From Spongospora subterranea f. sp. subterranea (Eukaryota): a stretch of 28,795 nucleotides of DNA. Below are positions 1 to 10,819 of this stretch, in pieces (the first letter of the stretch is position 1; each line of letters opens with the position of its first letter). The stretch spans positions 62,001 to 90,795 of the forward strand of contig JAUGWO010000123.1 in assembly GCA_049724395.1 (NCBI GenBank), in the 5' to 3' direction. Made by a program: the position numbers and the translations under genes. Under the pieces are notes generated by a model. The model had not been told where the DNA came from. It saw nothing but the letters and a program-made list of their open reading frames with translations, and did not search any database.

Positions 1-2016
1 ATCAGACTCTCAGCTGCGTTTTCAAAGTTCGCCAATCAGGGCTATCAAAGGTGCAACATTGTGCATGTATTCGTTTAACGGGGATTAGAAAACATTTCAC
101 GATGATCCCGGACGATGTCAATTTCTGGAAGAGGCCGTGGCATTCTCGATGTGATTACGAACATACATCACCTAACAAATACTCGAAATTCAAGGTTTTG
201 GCTTTGTCTAAGCCTTTGCAGATTTTCCTGATGAATAATCCTACCATATAATTACAAAATCAGCTGATTTTTGAGGCATTGTGCCAAGGATTCTACCTCT
301 ATGGGCATGATGACGTTCTCTAAAAATTCGAATTTTTGCGTCCGTCGCAGAAGTGTCAATATTCAACATTACATGTTCATTGTGAATCCCGCTTGATATT
401 CTTTTACAATGTAATTTTGCAGAAGATGGAAACCTTTGAAATTGAAAATGTTGAAAACGTTTTGTGCAAAGTTGTTACGTTCTTGAAGGAAGACTGTCAA
501 ATTGACTGGTAGCAATGGCAGCGTCATTTTTGGCGCAAGTCAGCAACAATCCTGAGCGATACACAGTTCGCGTTGCCGTCGAGGCTAGAAATGCATCTCA
601 GTCCAATCGCCGAATGATTCCGACGAGAGAAACATTCCTTTTGCGATCGGGCACTCTTCCGGGCGTGACCGCTGCAATAGGTTGTGGATCAACTCAAGGG
701 GACACGTCCCACAATATGAAGGGTATATATGATACAATGAATGCATTTTTTGGTCATTATTTGAAATACGCCCTAATAGATTTCGCAAGAACAAAAATAA
801 ATATACAGTAAATCATCCTAATAAGACATTGGAAAAATGCCATAGGGTTCAGGGTCTAAGCTTGAAAATTGGCATTCCGGGGTTCAGGGTGTTAAGTCTT
901 GAAACACAGCATTTTTTTGAGTGATACATACAAAATAGCTCAAAAACCCAAAAGTCGAAGGTCCCTAACAATTAGACAAATGAATAAATCTAGGCAGAGC
1001 TCTTTATAGAATCTTGTGGATCCAACAGCTTTCCGGTGCAACGAATGAACCAACACCAATCCGTTCTCCGAACGTGTCGAATCCAAACGGCATTGAAGGA
1101 TGCAACGCGACAATCAAAACAAAACCCGATTCTTTCCGGGAATCATTAGCGCCAATGTCATTTTGGTTCAAATCAAATGCAGGGTTCTGACCAATGACAT
1201 CTCCTCTAGAGACTACTCAATTGTACGCTGCAAAGATGCGCGGTAGATCCATTTTCTCAATGAAACTCTGCACCTGTTTGATTGAGCCAACTGAAACATC
1301 ACTATTCCTGGACGGGGTTAGATCACAGCTCGCCTCCCTTTTGCTCGAAGAGGCAGACCCGCCAGACGTGGTGCAAATCACCGACAAATCACCTGACGAT
1401 ACGACGACACGCAGTGCAGGTGCGTCAGGGCAGCTGGATCTGAGGGCTGTGTGCCAACAACGCGGAGAACTCTGATTCGTCGGTCGCGCCGACTTTGAGC
1501 AGGGTGTTCAGCTCCTTCAGCTGATCAATAAACGACTCCGACTTGAAGCGGCAATCAGGTTCGACGTGCAATGGCCGCTGTGTCGAGAACGGAGTCTGCA
1601 GAAAATATCCCCATAAAATCATTCTATTAAGACTTTTTCGCTGAAATGGGGGGGGGGTGAATTTGGTGCTGAAACTAAGACTTTTGCCAAACTGATCCGG
1701 GTCGAGGGGTCTTACGGTCCCAATTCAGGGTTCGGGCGTAAATAGTCTTGTCACAATGAATATTAATACTTGTATCTCAAAATAGGTACAGTCCTCATAT
1801 CCATGTGTACGGCTACGGTATCTGGTGCCGCAGCCTCCTCTCAGTCTCTATGCAATGTGATGTGAGAAATGCCCGTCCTTCAGAATACTGTGTGAGCCCA
1901 GAGCACTTTGTTAAGGTTACGCCGCGCCGTGGCCCTGTCAGAATATCAACTTAGTAGGGGTATCATATCGATCTCCATCGCAATTGTTATCCTCTGATTT
2001 CAACAAAGTGGTTAAA

Positions 2017-4256
2017 ATGAGCTCTTTTCGCGTCAATTCACTGCTTTCTCAATGCTCTTCTAATACGACTGGCGCGTCTTTAGTTGACTCACCCGTCACC
2101 GCCCACAAAGACACAGATGTCGTCGTTGTCGCAGCCGTCCGAACTCCTATCTGTCGTGCTAAAGTAAACAATAATCTTTTGTGGTTAACGATCTCACCAG
2201 TTTACAGAAGGGCGGTTTTGCCAACACGTCAGCGACAACTCTTTTAGCAACGGCAATAAAAGGGGTTTTGGCCAAAGCTAAAGTCGACCCAGCTATCATC
2301 GAGGACGTATGCGTTGGTACTACTCTGGCTCCGGGTTCAACCCGTGCCAACGAGGTAATTTCCACAGTGCTGTTTTCCTTTCTTATTCAAGCAACGGTTC
2401 TAGGTTCGAATTGCCGCATATTTATCAGGATTACCTACATCAACCTGTGTTAGAACTGTTAATCGGCAATGCAGCTCAGGTTGGAGATCCCTGTTTTATT
2501 ATTCTAGTCATACTATTTAGGGTTTTCTTTTTTGACTTCAAAACGAGTTATTTTGGTTTTCCTGATTTCGGTCATTGTTAAATTTCGTCGGAATCAGGAC
2601 TTCAAGCAATTGCGGATATTGCCGGTGCAATTAAATCTGGTTACATATCCGTCGGAATTGGTGCTGGTGAGCCTTTTTGGTCGGTGTCGTGTAACTTCAA
2701 CGTATTAACTGCTCTTAGGCGTTGAATCAATGACCACTGACAGTATGTCGTTTGGCGGGAAAATTGACTTAGCAGCAAAGCAGCATCCCATGGTATATCA
2801 TCTCCGTCTCTCTTGCGTTCGTCTAATTTATTCCATTTTTCGTCTGTAGGCTAGGAACTGCTTGATTCCAAGTAAGTAACGACGCTTTTTTCGTATTGCT
2901 GTAGGCGTTTCTTCTTTTCAAGTTGCATTTCGATGTTATATAGCCATGCGTTTCAAACTTCAACAGTAATCAATTTCAGTGCTCAGCTCTGATCGCTTGA
3001 CTGTTTCGATAGTGAACTGAGGACAACGTTGCGCGCTTGCTCTTTTGTGTTTGATTACCGAGATTATTTTTTGGAAATTTCGTTGCGTTTGTTTATAGTT
3101 ATCAAAGGATACTTTCAGTGATCGCTTTTTTTGCATGGGTCATGTAATTTTGCTTCTTTTCTGATTCAGTGGGTATCACGTCCGATAATGTCGCCAAGAA
3201 GTACAGCATTGACCGAAAATCTCAAGTCGGTTCGCCTTCATCCTGTCATGTATATAGGTCACTTACTCAGGTATGCCCTAGGATGCCCTTGCGGTAATGT
3301 CCCATGAGCGCGCGGCAAAGGCAACCTTGACAGGTCGTTTTAAAGATGAGATTGTGCCTGTCACCACCGAAGTTACCGATCCTAAAACTGGTGTTGTCAA
3401 AAACACTGTTGTTGACAAAGATGACGGTAAATTCACATCAGGGAACAACCATGTGGTTTAGAAGAGCTCCATTACCAGGTATTCGTCCAACAACTATGGA
3501 AGGCTTAAGCAAGTTGAAGCCTGCATTCACTAAAGACGGAACAACTACTGCGGGCACCAGCAGCCAGGTTAGCGACGGAGCGGCAGCGACGTTGCTGATG
3601 TCTCGCGCCACGGCGAAGAAGCTCGGGTTAAAGCCGATCGGATCGTTGCGAAGGTAATTTTGTCGAAACCCATTTCTTGTAACCGTCGGTTAACAGACAA
3701 CATCGCGGTTAGTTTCTCGGTAATTGGTGTCCCTCCTGAAATTATGGGCATTGGACCTGCTTTCGCTATACCCGCCGCAGTAAAACAAGCTGGCCTTAAC
3801 ATGAAGCAGATTGATCTGTTTGAAATCAACGAGGCGTTTGCCAGTCAGGTAATAGATGCACTCGCTGTCGCATGCTGATTAGATGCCCTTCAATCCTACT
3901 GAAGCTTCGCTTTACTCTTCGGCCTAAATTTGACTGACAATATTTCCACTTCGATTTGTTTCGTGTTGTTCAAATCCTTTTCATAGGCTACGTACTGCGT
4001 TAATAAACTTGGTCTAAGCTGGGATAAGGTCAATGTCAATGGTGGCGCAATCGCCTTAGGCCATCCACTCGGTTGTACAGGATCCAGAATGACCGCAACA
4101 TTACTATCCGAAATGTCAAAGCGCAAAGCGAAGTATGGCATTGTTTCTATGTGCATTGGAAGCGGAATGGTAACCATCTGTGCGAGTGTGCTTTTGGGTC
4201 AAATTGTTTAATGGCTACTACAGGGGGCTGCTGCTGTCTATGAATGCGAATGTTGA
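2017..4256 (+). CDS. 3-ketoacyl-CoA thiolase (peroxisomal ACAA1/POT1 type), about 12 exons
   Basis: Spliced translation through GT-AG introns gives thiolase motifs: [16 protein letters not shown], catalytic Cys in [47 protein letters not shown] and [12 protein letters not shown] at 2017, TGA at 4254-4256. N-terminal PTS2-like RVNSLLSQC. Confidence 0.95.
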
Positions 4257-4576
4257 TTCCGTTCCGGTTTTACCGTCCGTTATAAAATGTCTCCTTGCTT
4301 TATTCTCCATGAGCGAATGAGTACTTTGAGTATTGTCCACACTGGACGTTGCTTCACGTCGATGGCCTTCAAAAATAGTGTTACGCGATGTGATTTCACG
4401 ACTTTTGAAAAACACCGCAATCGTAACAACCGGATACGTGTATGGGTAACTATTGGAGCGAAAAAAATCTCTGTCACTTTGTCGAGTGTTGAAAACATTG
4501 CGGTCCGTTCTCCTGCAGGCGTGATCTTATTTGATGTGTAGAAGATGCTGTGAAGCAGATCGTATCCTGACATTAT

Positions 4577-4926
4577 TTTGAATCTAAAAAGATTCTGTTT
4601 TGTGAAAATCGACGGATTTCAGAGTCATCATAATGTTTACTTACGACAACCAAAGGGGCTAATAAGGAAATGGAGATATCTGGCGTGATATTGGCTGAAT
4701 TTCAACCCAGGTTTCGTAGTTGGGTATGTTGTGGCCAGTCTGAGAACGTCATTTGAAACTAAATAGATTCTGTTTTGTGAAAAATCGACGGATTGCGAGT
4801 CATCATAATGTTTACTTACGACAACCAAAGGGGCTAATAAGGAAATGGAGATATCTGGCGTGATATTGGCTGAATTTCAAACCAAGTTTCGTAGTTGGGT
4901 ATGTTGTGGCCAGTCTGAGAACGTCA
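4577..4926. repeat. Head-to-tail tandem duplication of a 175-bp non-coding unit
   Basis: 4577-4751 and 4752-4926 are near-identical (tttgaa..agattctgttttgtgaaaa...ggccagtctgagaacgtca), with a few substitutions and 1-nt indels. Confidence 0.95.
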
Positions 4927-5243
4927 AGACGATTTTGTTATATGTTTTGTTTTTAGAAACAGTTTGCTTCTCGGTTGAACGAGAATTTTCTTTGAGGTCT
5001 TTATTCCATTGTCTCTATTATTTCAGGAAATTCCATCTTGGCAAGCAATGATTCACATCAGTATAGGTGCAATGACCAGTGAAAACATGAGTTTCAATCT
5101 CAGGCAAATACAAAGATAAAGCTGCGCCTTGAACCCAGACTTAGGAGATCTGTCACGATTAGAATAGATTGGCAAATATGAACCGGAAACATCACAATTT
5201 AGGTTTTGAGGGATCCGGATTTAATTTACTTGTATATATAGGT

Positions 5244-5963
5244 CTATAGAATCTGCTGATTTCTAGGCTCATTACGACATCTTTGCACAAAATTCCGGCA
5301 ACGAAACCAACGAAGGAGGCGATTCTGGCCAGAGAGTCCATTTAAATATTGACAGATCGCCAACACGGTGGTGGTTTGGGCCGAGTTCAAAGGGGAAAAT
5401 GTCCCGACCAAGTAAATAATGCGACCATTAAGAAGACGCGCGACTAGCTCAACAGCACGATTATCATTGTCTGGAATCTGAGTTTCTCGCAGCATCGATT
5501 CAAACACTAAAAGTGGTAAATCCCATCTGATGTTGGACGTTCTCAAGATCTGGCCGGCTGAGCTGATCTGCAACAGAATCGACGCGTCTTTCTCGCACTC
5601 GTCATCGTCAATATTACGAACCTCACACCCGTCTTTATCATCACGAGCAGAGGCTAAAGAATCGGATATAAATTGCGCGCATTGAAAGCGCGATCGAATA
5701 TAATGTGCTGGTAAACGGTCCCATTGTTCGGTAATTTGCTTAGCAAGTTCCGAGCGGTTAAATAAAATCCGCTGTAAAATTGACTTGGCCGCCAGTAACA
5801 GAATTGGCAATAACGCCATAGCAGCACTGACTTCGTTGGAATTCGATCCATATATGCCCAGAGTTAGGATACCTGCTGAGATTGTCAGGATCATGGCCAT
5901 TTGTGTTGGTTGGTCGCATAATGTGGTAATGTATCCCATCAATAACGGCAGCAGCGCCAGCAA
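5244..5963 (-). CDS. Hypothetical protein with N-terminal hydrophobic segments; possibly 5'-truncated
   Basis: 239-codon open frame. First in-frame ATG at 5939; an in-frame TAA lies two codons upstream of the TTG at 5963. Hydrophobic stretches MAMILTISAGILTLGIY and AAMALLPILLLAA. No family recognised. Confidence 0.45.
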   Translation of the reverse strand: MLALLPLLMGYITTLCDQPTQMAMILTISAGILTLGIYGSNSNEVSAAMALLPILLLAAKSILQRILFNRSELAKQITEQWDRLPAHYIRSRFQCAQFISDSLASARDDKDGCEVRNIDDDECEKDASILLQISSAGQILRTSNIRWDLPLLVFESMLRETQIPDNDNRAVELVARLLNGRIIYLVGTFSPLNSAQTTTVLAICQYLNGLSGQNRLLRWFRCRNFVQRCRNEPRNQQIL

Positions 5964-6091
5964 TGGTTAGCACATAAATTAAGTTAGTGGTGAGGGTCTG
6001 GTGGACTCACGAGCTCGTGTATTTAGGGGGATGACTAATACATGCGTAATCCTGACTCACGCCTCTTTGTTACAATAGGTTACAAACATAC

Positions 6092-6465
6092 ACCAACAGT
6101 GACTTACCCCATCGACAACAGTAACTTACACCACCGACTAACAGTAACTTACGCCATCGACCAACAGTAACTTACACCACCGACCAACAGTAACTTACAC
6201 CACCGACTAACAGTAACTTACGCCATCGACCAACAGTAACTTACACCACCGACCAACAGTAACTTACACCACCGACTAACAGTAACTTACGCCATCGACC
6301 AACAGTAACTTACACCACCGACCAACAGTAACTTACACCACCGACTAACAGTAACTTACGCCATCGACCAACAGTAACTTACACCACCGACTAACAGTAA
6401 CCTACGCCATCGACCAACAGTAACTTACACCACCGACTAACAGTAACCTACGCCATCGACCAACA
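6092..6465. repeat. 23-bp minisatellite, about 16 copies, with higher-order ABB/AB structure
   Basis: Unit A = actaacagtaacttacgccatcg, unit B = accaacagtaacttacaccaccg. Order: two degenerate units, then ABB ABB ABB AB A'B A', then a partial unit. Confidence 0.97.
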
Positions 6466-7135
6466 AATTTATCCAATAACCCTGCCGCTGTCGTTTACAC
6501 CATATTAGGACTTGTCAGACTTCAAAGTCCTCATGAAATAACTATTGTGGCTGTGTTGTTTATCACAAATCTGTATTGCATTTTTTGGTGGTTTATGCTA
6601 TTATCCGAGGAGTTTCTTTGCCCAACGCGACGGATATGCTCTTAGCTTTGATGTTCCGATTTGTATACATATCCTTATACAGATATCAAAAAAGTCCCTT
6701 TGCAAACCTGCATTTAGATGTTGTTTCTGTAATTACAGAAGTGCCCGAGTGCAAAACCCACGACAGGTTGATGCGCTTATAGAAACAGTGAACGCTCCTT
6801 AGTCATACCGAATGTCCAGAACACCTCAAACTGTTCATCTTCCGCCCTTTATGCTTTGATGCATCTCCATGTCATGCACCAGGATACATCTTTCGTCAGC
6901 TCAATCACTCTGGGATTGCACAATGGGCACTGGCTGTCTCGATAATTCCACCCAGAAACTCAAGATTTGAACATTGGCCGATCATTCACCTGTTTATTAC
7001 TTTTTCTTGGCCAAATCAAACCTGACCCTCTACAGTCAGCAACTCAGGCCTGAACTAACACGGTTGGTCTCGTGCCTTCCAGAAGATTCCGAACCCGGAA
7101 TACGATAGGGAGACCATTGCCAATATCTCGTCAAT

Positions 7136-8883
7136 ATGAGTTCGCATTCCAAGTCGGCCGCCATAATTGGCCTTGATAGTTCAATGGGGTTTAACCATGC
7201 TGCCCTCATGTTTGGAGGGCATAGTCGACACTCTAAGAAAATGTCAATTTCCTCGAAAAAACGTCAATCGTCACCGCGGTTATTAACAAAAAAGGTTTTG
7301 GACCCAGAACTGGAAGATGTCGACATGACACCGCCAGAAGAACGACTCGCGAAGTTTTCTGTGTTGGCGGTCGAGTACGAGGAACGTCACGATTTCGAGC
7401 AGTTGGTAACGGCCAGGATGCATTGCTTGGCGCTTGCACAACTATGTTTTGGCAAAACGCACCCAGAAGTCACGCTATCACATCTACGATTGGGCAACGC
7501 TTTTCAACGCCGGGGCCTGTTCGTACAGGCTGAGCAACATGCACAGACCGCTCTGGATCGGCTAACGTCTATCGACCACGGCGAGAAAGAATCCAAACGG
7601 ATCCGGTTTGGAGCGCTTTCTACTGTTGGATGCGCAGGGATAGGCCTTCGCCAATGGGCCAAAGCTGAGCCTCTTTTGCAGCAGGCGCAGGACCTGGTCG
7701 AATATGCATCAGGAGCGAGCGATAAAGCCAACCTCATGCTGGCTTTATCGCAGGTTCAGACACAGGTCGGGCCTTATCCTGCAGTATTATTACCTTATCG
7801 TCATTACACCATACTGTTCAAATGACTGACGTGGCGTTATGTTTGAATTGGTACTCTCAAACGGATGACGGTTGATTCCTCATGGGGGATGTGGCAATCG
7901 GAAGACATCCCTGACTGAAGATTGAAATTTTATGCAATTATACCAGTTGGGGACAGAGTTTAGTGATTTCCTGCCCAAAACCTTGTTGAAAATATTGGAG
8001 CCTATTTCAAAGGTTTTCTAGTTATATTTGCAACGGAAATTTGTATCGACCTAATAATTCACTCTATATCCTTAAATCTCATTTCAGAAACGCTATTATG
8101 GCGATGCGGTAGAAACCCTAGAAAGTGCACTGGCTGAAAAACTGAAGATCGTATCTGAGACCCATCCGGATATGTTGGCATTCTTCCTGCAATTGGGTCG
8201 GGCTTATCATCGCCTGTCGACAACCGCTGCAGATCAACCCAACCCTCTCATGTCGCAAAAGGCTGTCGAGGTACTCACCAAGGCTGTCAACGTCGGCGTT
8301 GTCAACAACTTTGTATTCAAGCAGGAGATGGGCGACGCAATGTTCTATCTTGGGTAAGTCCCTTACGTTTGTCGTTTGTCGAGGCGCTAATTTTCTCTTT
8401 GATTTCACCTCACTAAATGATCGTTAACAGCCTTGATCATGATATTTTGCTCATTAATTCTGTGTCTTTAACAGGGCCAGTTTGGCGGAGTCGGGAAAGG
8501 CCGAAAACGCCATCGAATACTTCGAACGATCACTAAAGGTGTATCGGACCCTACATGGCAAACGATCAGCTCCGGTTGCTCGAACCCTTCGCCAGATCGC
8601 GTTCCTGTTCATCCGTCAGCGAAACCTGGATAGTGCCATTCCCTATTTGGCGGCCGTTATCAAGGCAGAATCGCACCTGCATGGACCCAACAGCGTTCAA
8701 GTTGGGGATCTATTGAAAACACGAGGCGATGTTCTACTGATAGCTCAGCGATACGACGAGGCAATCGCGTCGCTGACTGAAGCCGCCTCCGTCTACGAGA
8801 CCGTATTTGGGTCCGATTGCCAGCAACGCAAGGAATGTCATGACAGAATTGCCCGAGCCGATGAAATCAAATATTCGGAGTAA
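7136..8883 (+). CDS. TPR-repeat protein, TTC23/TTC23L-like; exons 7136-7765, 8088-8353, 8475-8883 (~434 aa)
   Basis: Three ORF pieces join in frame through two GT-AG introns. PPEERL...HCLALAQLCFGKTHPEV...LGNAFQRRGLFVQAEQHAQTA resembles the N-terminal region of animal TTC23 (recognised from memory). TPR-like helices follow (AIEYFERSLKVY, YDEAIASLTEAASVY). The true start may be a downstream Met. Confidence 0.8.
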
Positions 8884-10819
8884 ACAATAAATTCTGAGAA
8901 TTCTGATGTGATTGATCGGGCAATCGTCGACCGTTGCAATCGACAACACGAGACACTCTTCATTGCTACTGGGAAATCAGGAACGCCCCCGCTGGAGATT
9001 CAGGAATAACCCGTTGTATTGCGGAAAAGAGCAAAACAACATAAAGTGGGGTTGGACGAAAGTGTTTTACCAGATCCCATCAGTCTGGAAAGGAAGAGGA
9101 AAAATTCTGTATCTGAGCTGAGGGCAATATCGTCCAATCCAATAGGGATATGGCGGTCGGTCCACAATCACCATTGCCAACACACTGTTGTTGAATTAAC
9201 ATCGACATTAGTGATAACAGATATCCTCAAGAAAATCAAGCACAATCATCAGCGAGATGGTACCACTATAGGGAAAGTTGTGAAGAAGGTGCTCTAGCAA
9301 CATCTCGTTAATCACAAACAAATTTAATCACAAAGAAATTTTCTGTCTGAATATTGTAAAACAAAACTTGAAAATTAAAGGGGTCAAGATGGCGATGCAC
9401 AAACACCCCGGTGTCGCATTCGATACATGTCATGAATATTACTGTTTTTAGCCCTGATGCTGTCTTCCCTGATCAACAGTTTCTCAGAATGGTTTCAGTG
9501 AAAATAATACCATTGGTGCTGTTATGACATGTGCGAGTTGATCCTCAGCTCATGATAATGAACGTTTTAATGATCTGGGGACACCAATGCCAATCCACGA
9601 ATCTGGCCAAGGCGCTATTCAGCCGGATCAAAATTTCACAAGAACGCCTTCATACAATACACCAGATGATCTCCACATTTGGCTGCACTTTACCAACAAC
9701 CTCTTGGTTTACAGGGCTTCTTGTTGGTCGCCTTCAGATCCATGTTGCTTCAAGCGAACTGCCAAAGTTCAATACACTACACGATTTCGTTTTACCAAGA
9801 ATCTGAGCACCATTTCGAATCCATTCAATTGTTCGGTATATTAGACCAGATGCATTTTCCAGCAATTATGTACAAAGATTTTCGTGGTTTAGAGAATGGA
9901 CAAAGTACTGATATGGCAAAGACTTAGATATATTCTCAATGATAGGATCAACATTCTAACCTGAATAATTTTGCCAAAATAGAACTGGCGGTGATATGGT
10001 TATGGTAAGACAACGCCTGTGAGCTGTTGATGCAACTGCCAGGGCAAACCAATACCTTCTTGAACAACATCAGTTAGTTCTATCTCTGCCCCAATTGCTT
10101 CATGGCCTTTGCCCTGTTCGGGCGTCATTTCATGCCAGAATCTGATCACATTCATTCAATACCCAAGGACACAATCGACAATCGAAATGAAGGAACCCCC
10201 TTTCATCTCAGTTGACGATCATCAACGTACGGGAATTCTCTGTGAAACGGTCGTTGATTGGGTGTAAAAAAGCAGGAGAAGCATCGACGAATGCGCCATC
10301 TCCAGTATGATGTCATGTGATGAGTTATGAATCAGACGGTGGCACGTCTGTAAACTAGCGTTTTCTCGAACAATCTCATTCAGTGTATTCTTTAACCGTA
10401 GACGGACTGTGTGATGAAATGGCGATAAACTAATGGCCGATATATGATTGTCTGTGGGTTTATTCGCTCATCTCGGTCGTTAGAACCAGTAGTGTCTCTC
10501 TTTTACAGAGCACAAGCGAGCGTTAATGATATCTGAATAAGTCTCTTCGGTATTGTGTTGTCAGCAAACAAACCCTGATCGAGAGGACCTTTGACTACTA
10601 GCGCTGATCATCTGTTTATAGTGGTGCTAAGTGACTATCACGACACTTGTTATTTCAAAGCAGAAGACCACGAAAACAACCGGTGAAACGGCATCAGCGA
10701 TTAAAATCTTGGTTCAATGTTCAACCACATTTAGATGACGAAAGAACCTGTCGAAAATGGGAGGAGAACAGGACCTTTTCACACTGAATTCCTATTTATT
10801 GAGGTTTCTCAACGACAAA

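Noticed and set aside
1..811. Short ORFs 51-251, 515-811 and 585-794
   Set aside because: No recognisable motifs and no consistent splice model; left unannotated.
845..890. agggttcagggt as an interstitial telomere
   Set aside because: Only two short, separated copies; better explained as a motif of a decayed repeat.
4637..5051. Short ORFs 4637-4828 and 4845-5051
   Set aside because: They lie in the 175-bp duplication, the frames are not preserved between copies, and no motifs are present.
6092..6465. CRISPR array or telomeric repeat
   Set aside because: No spacers, internal location, and no G-run telomere motif.
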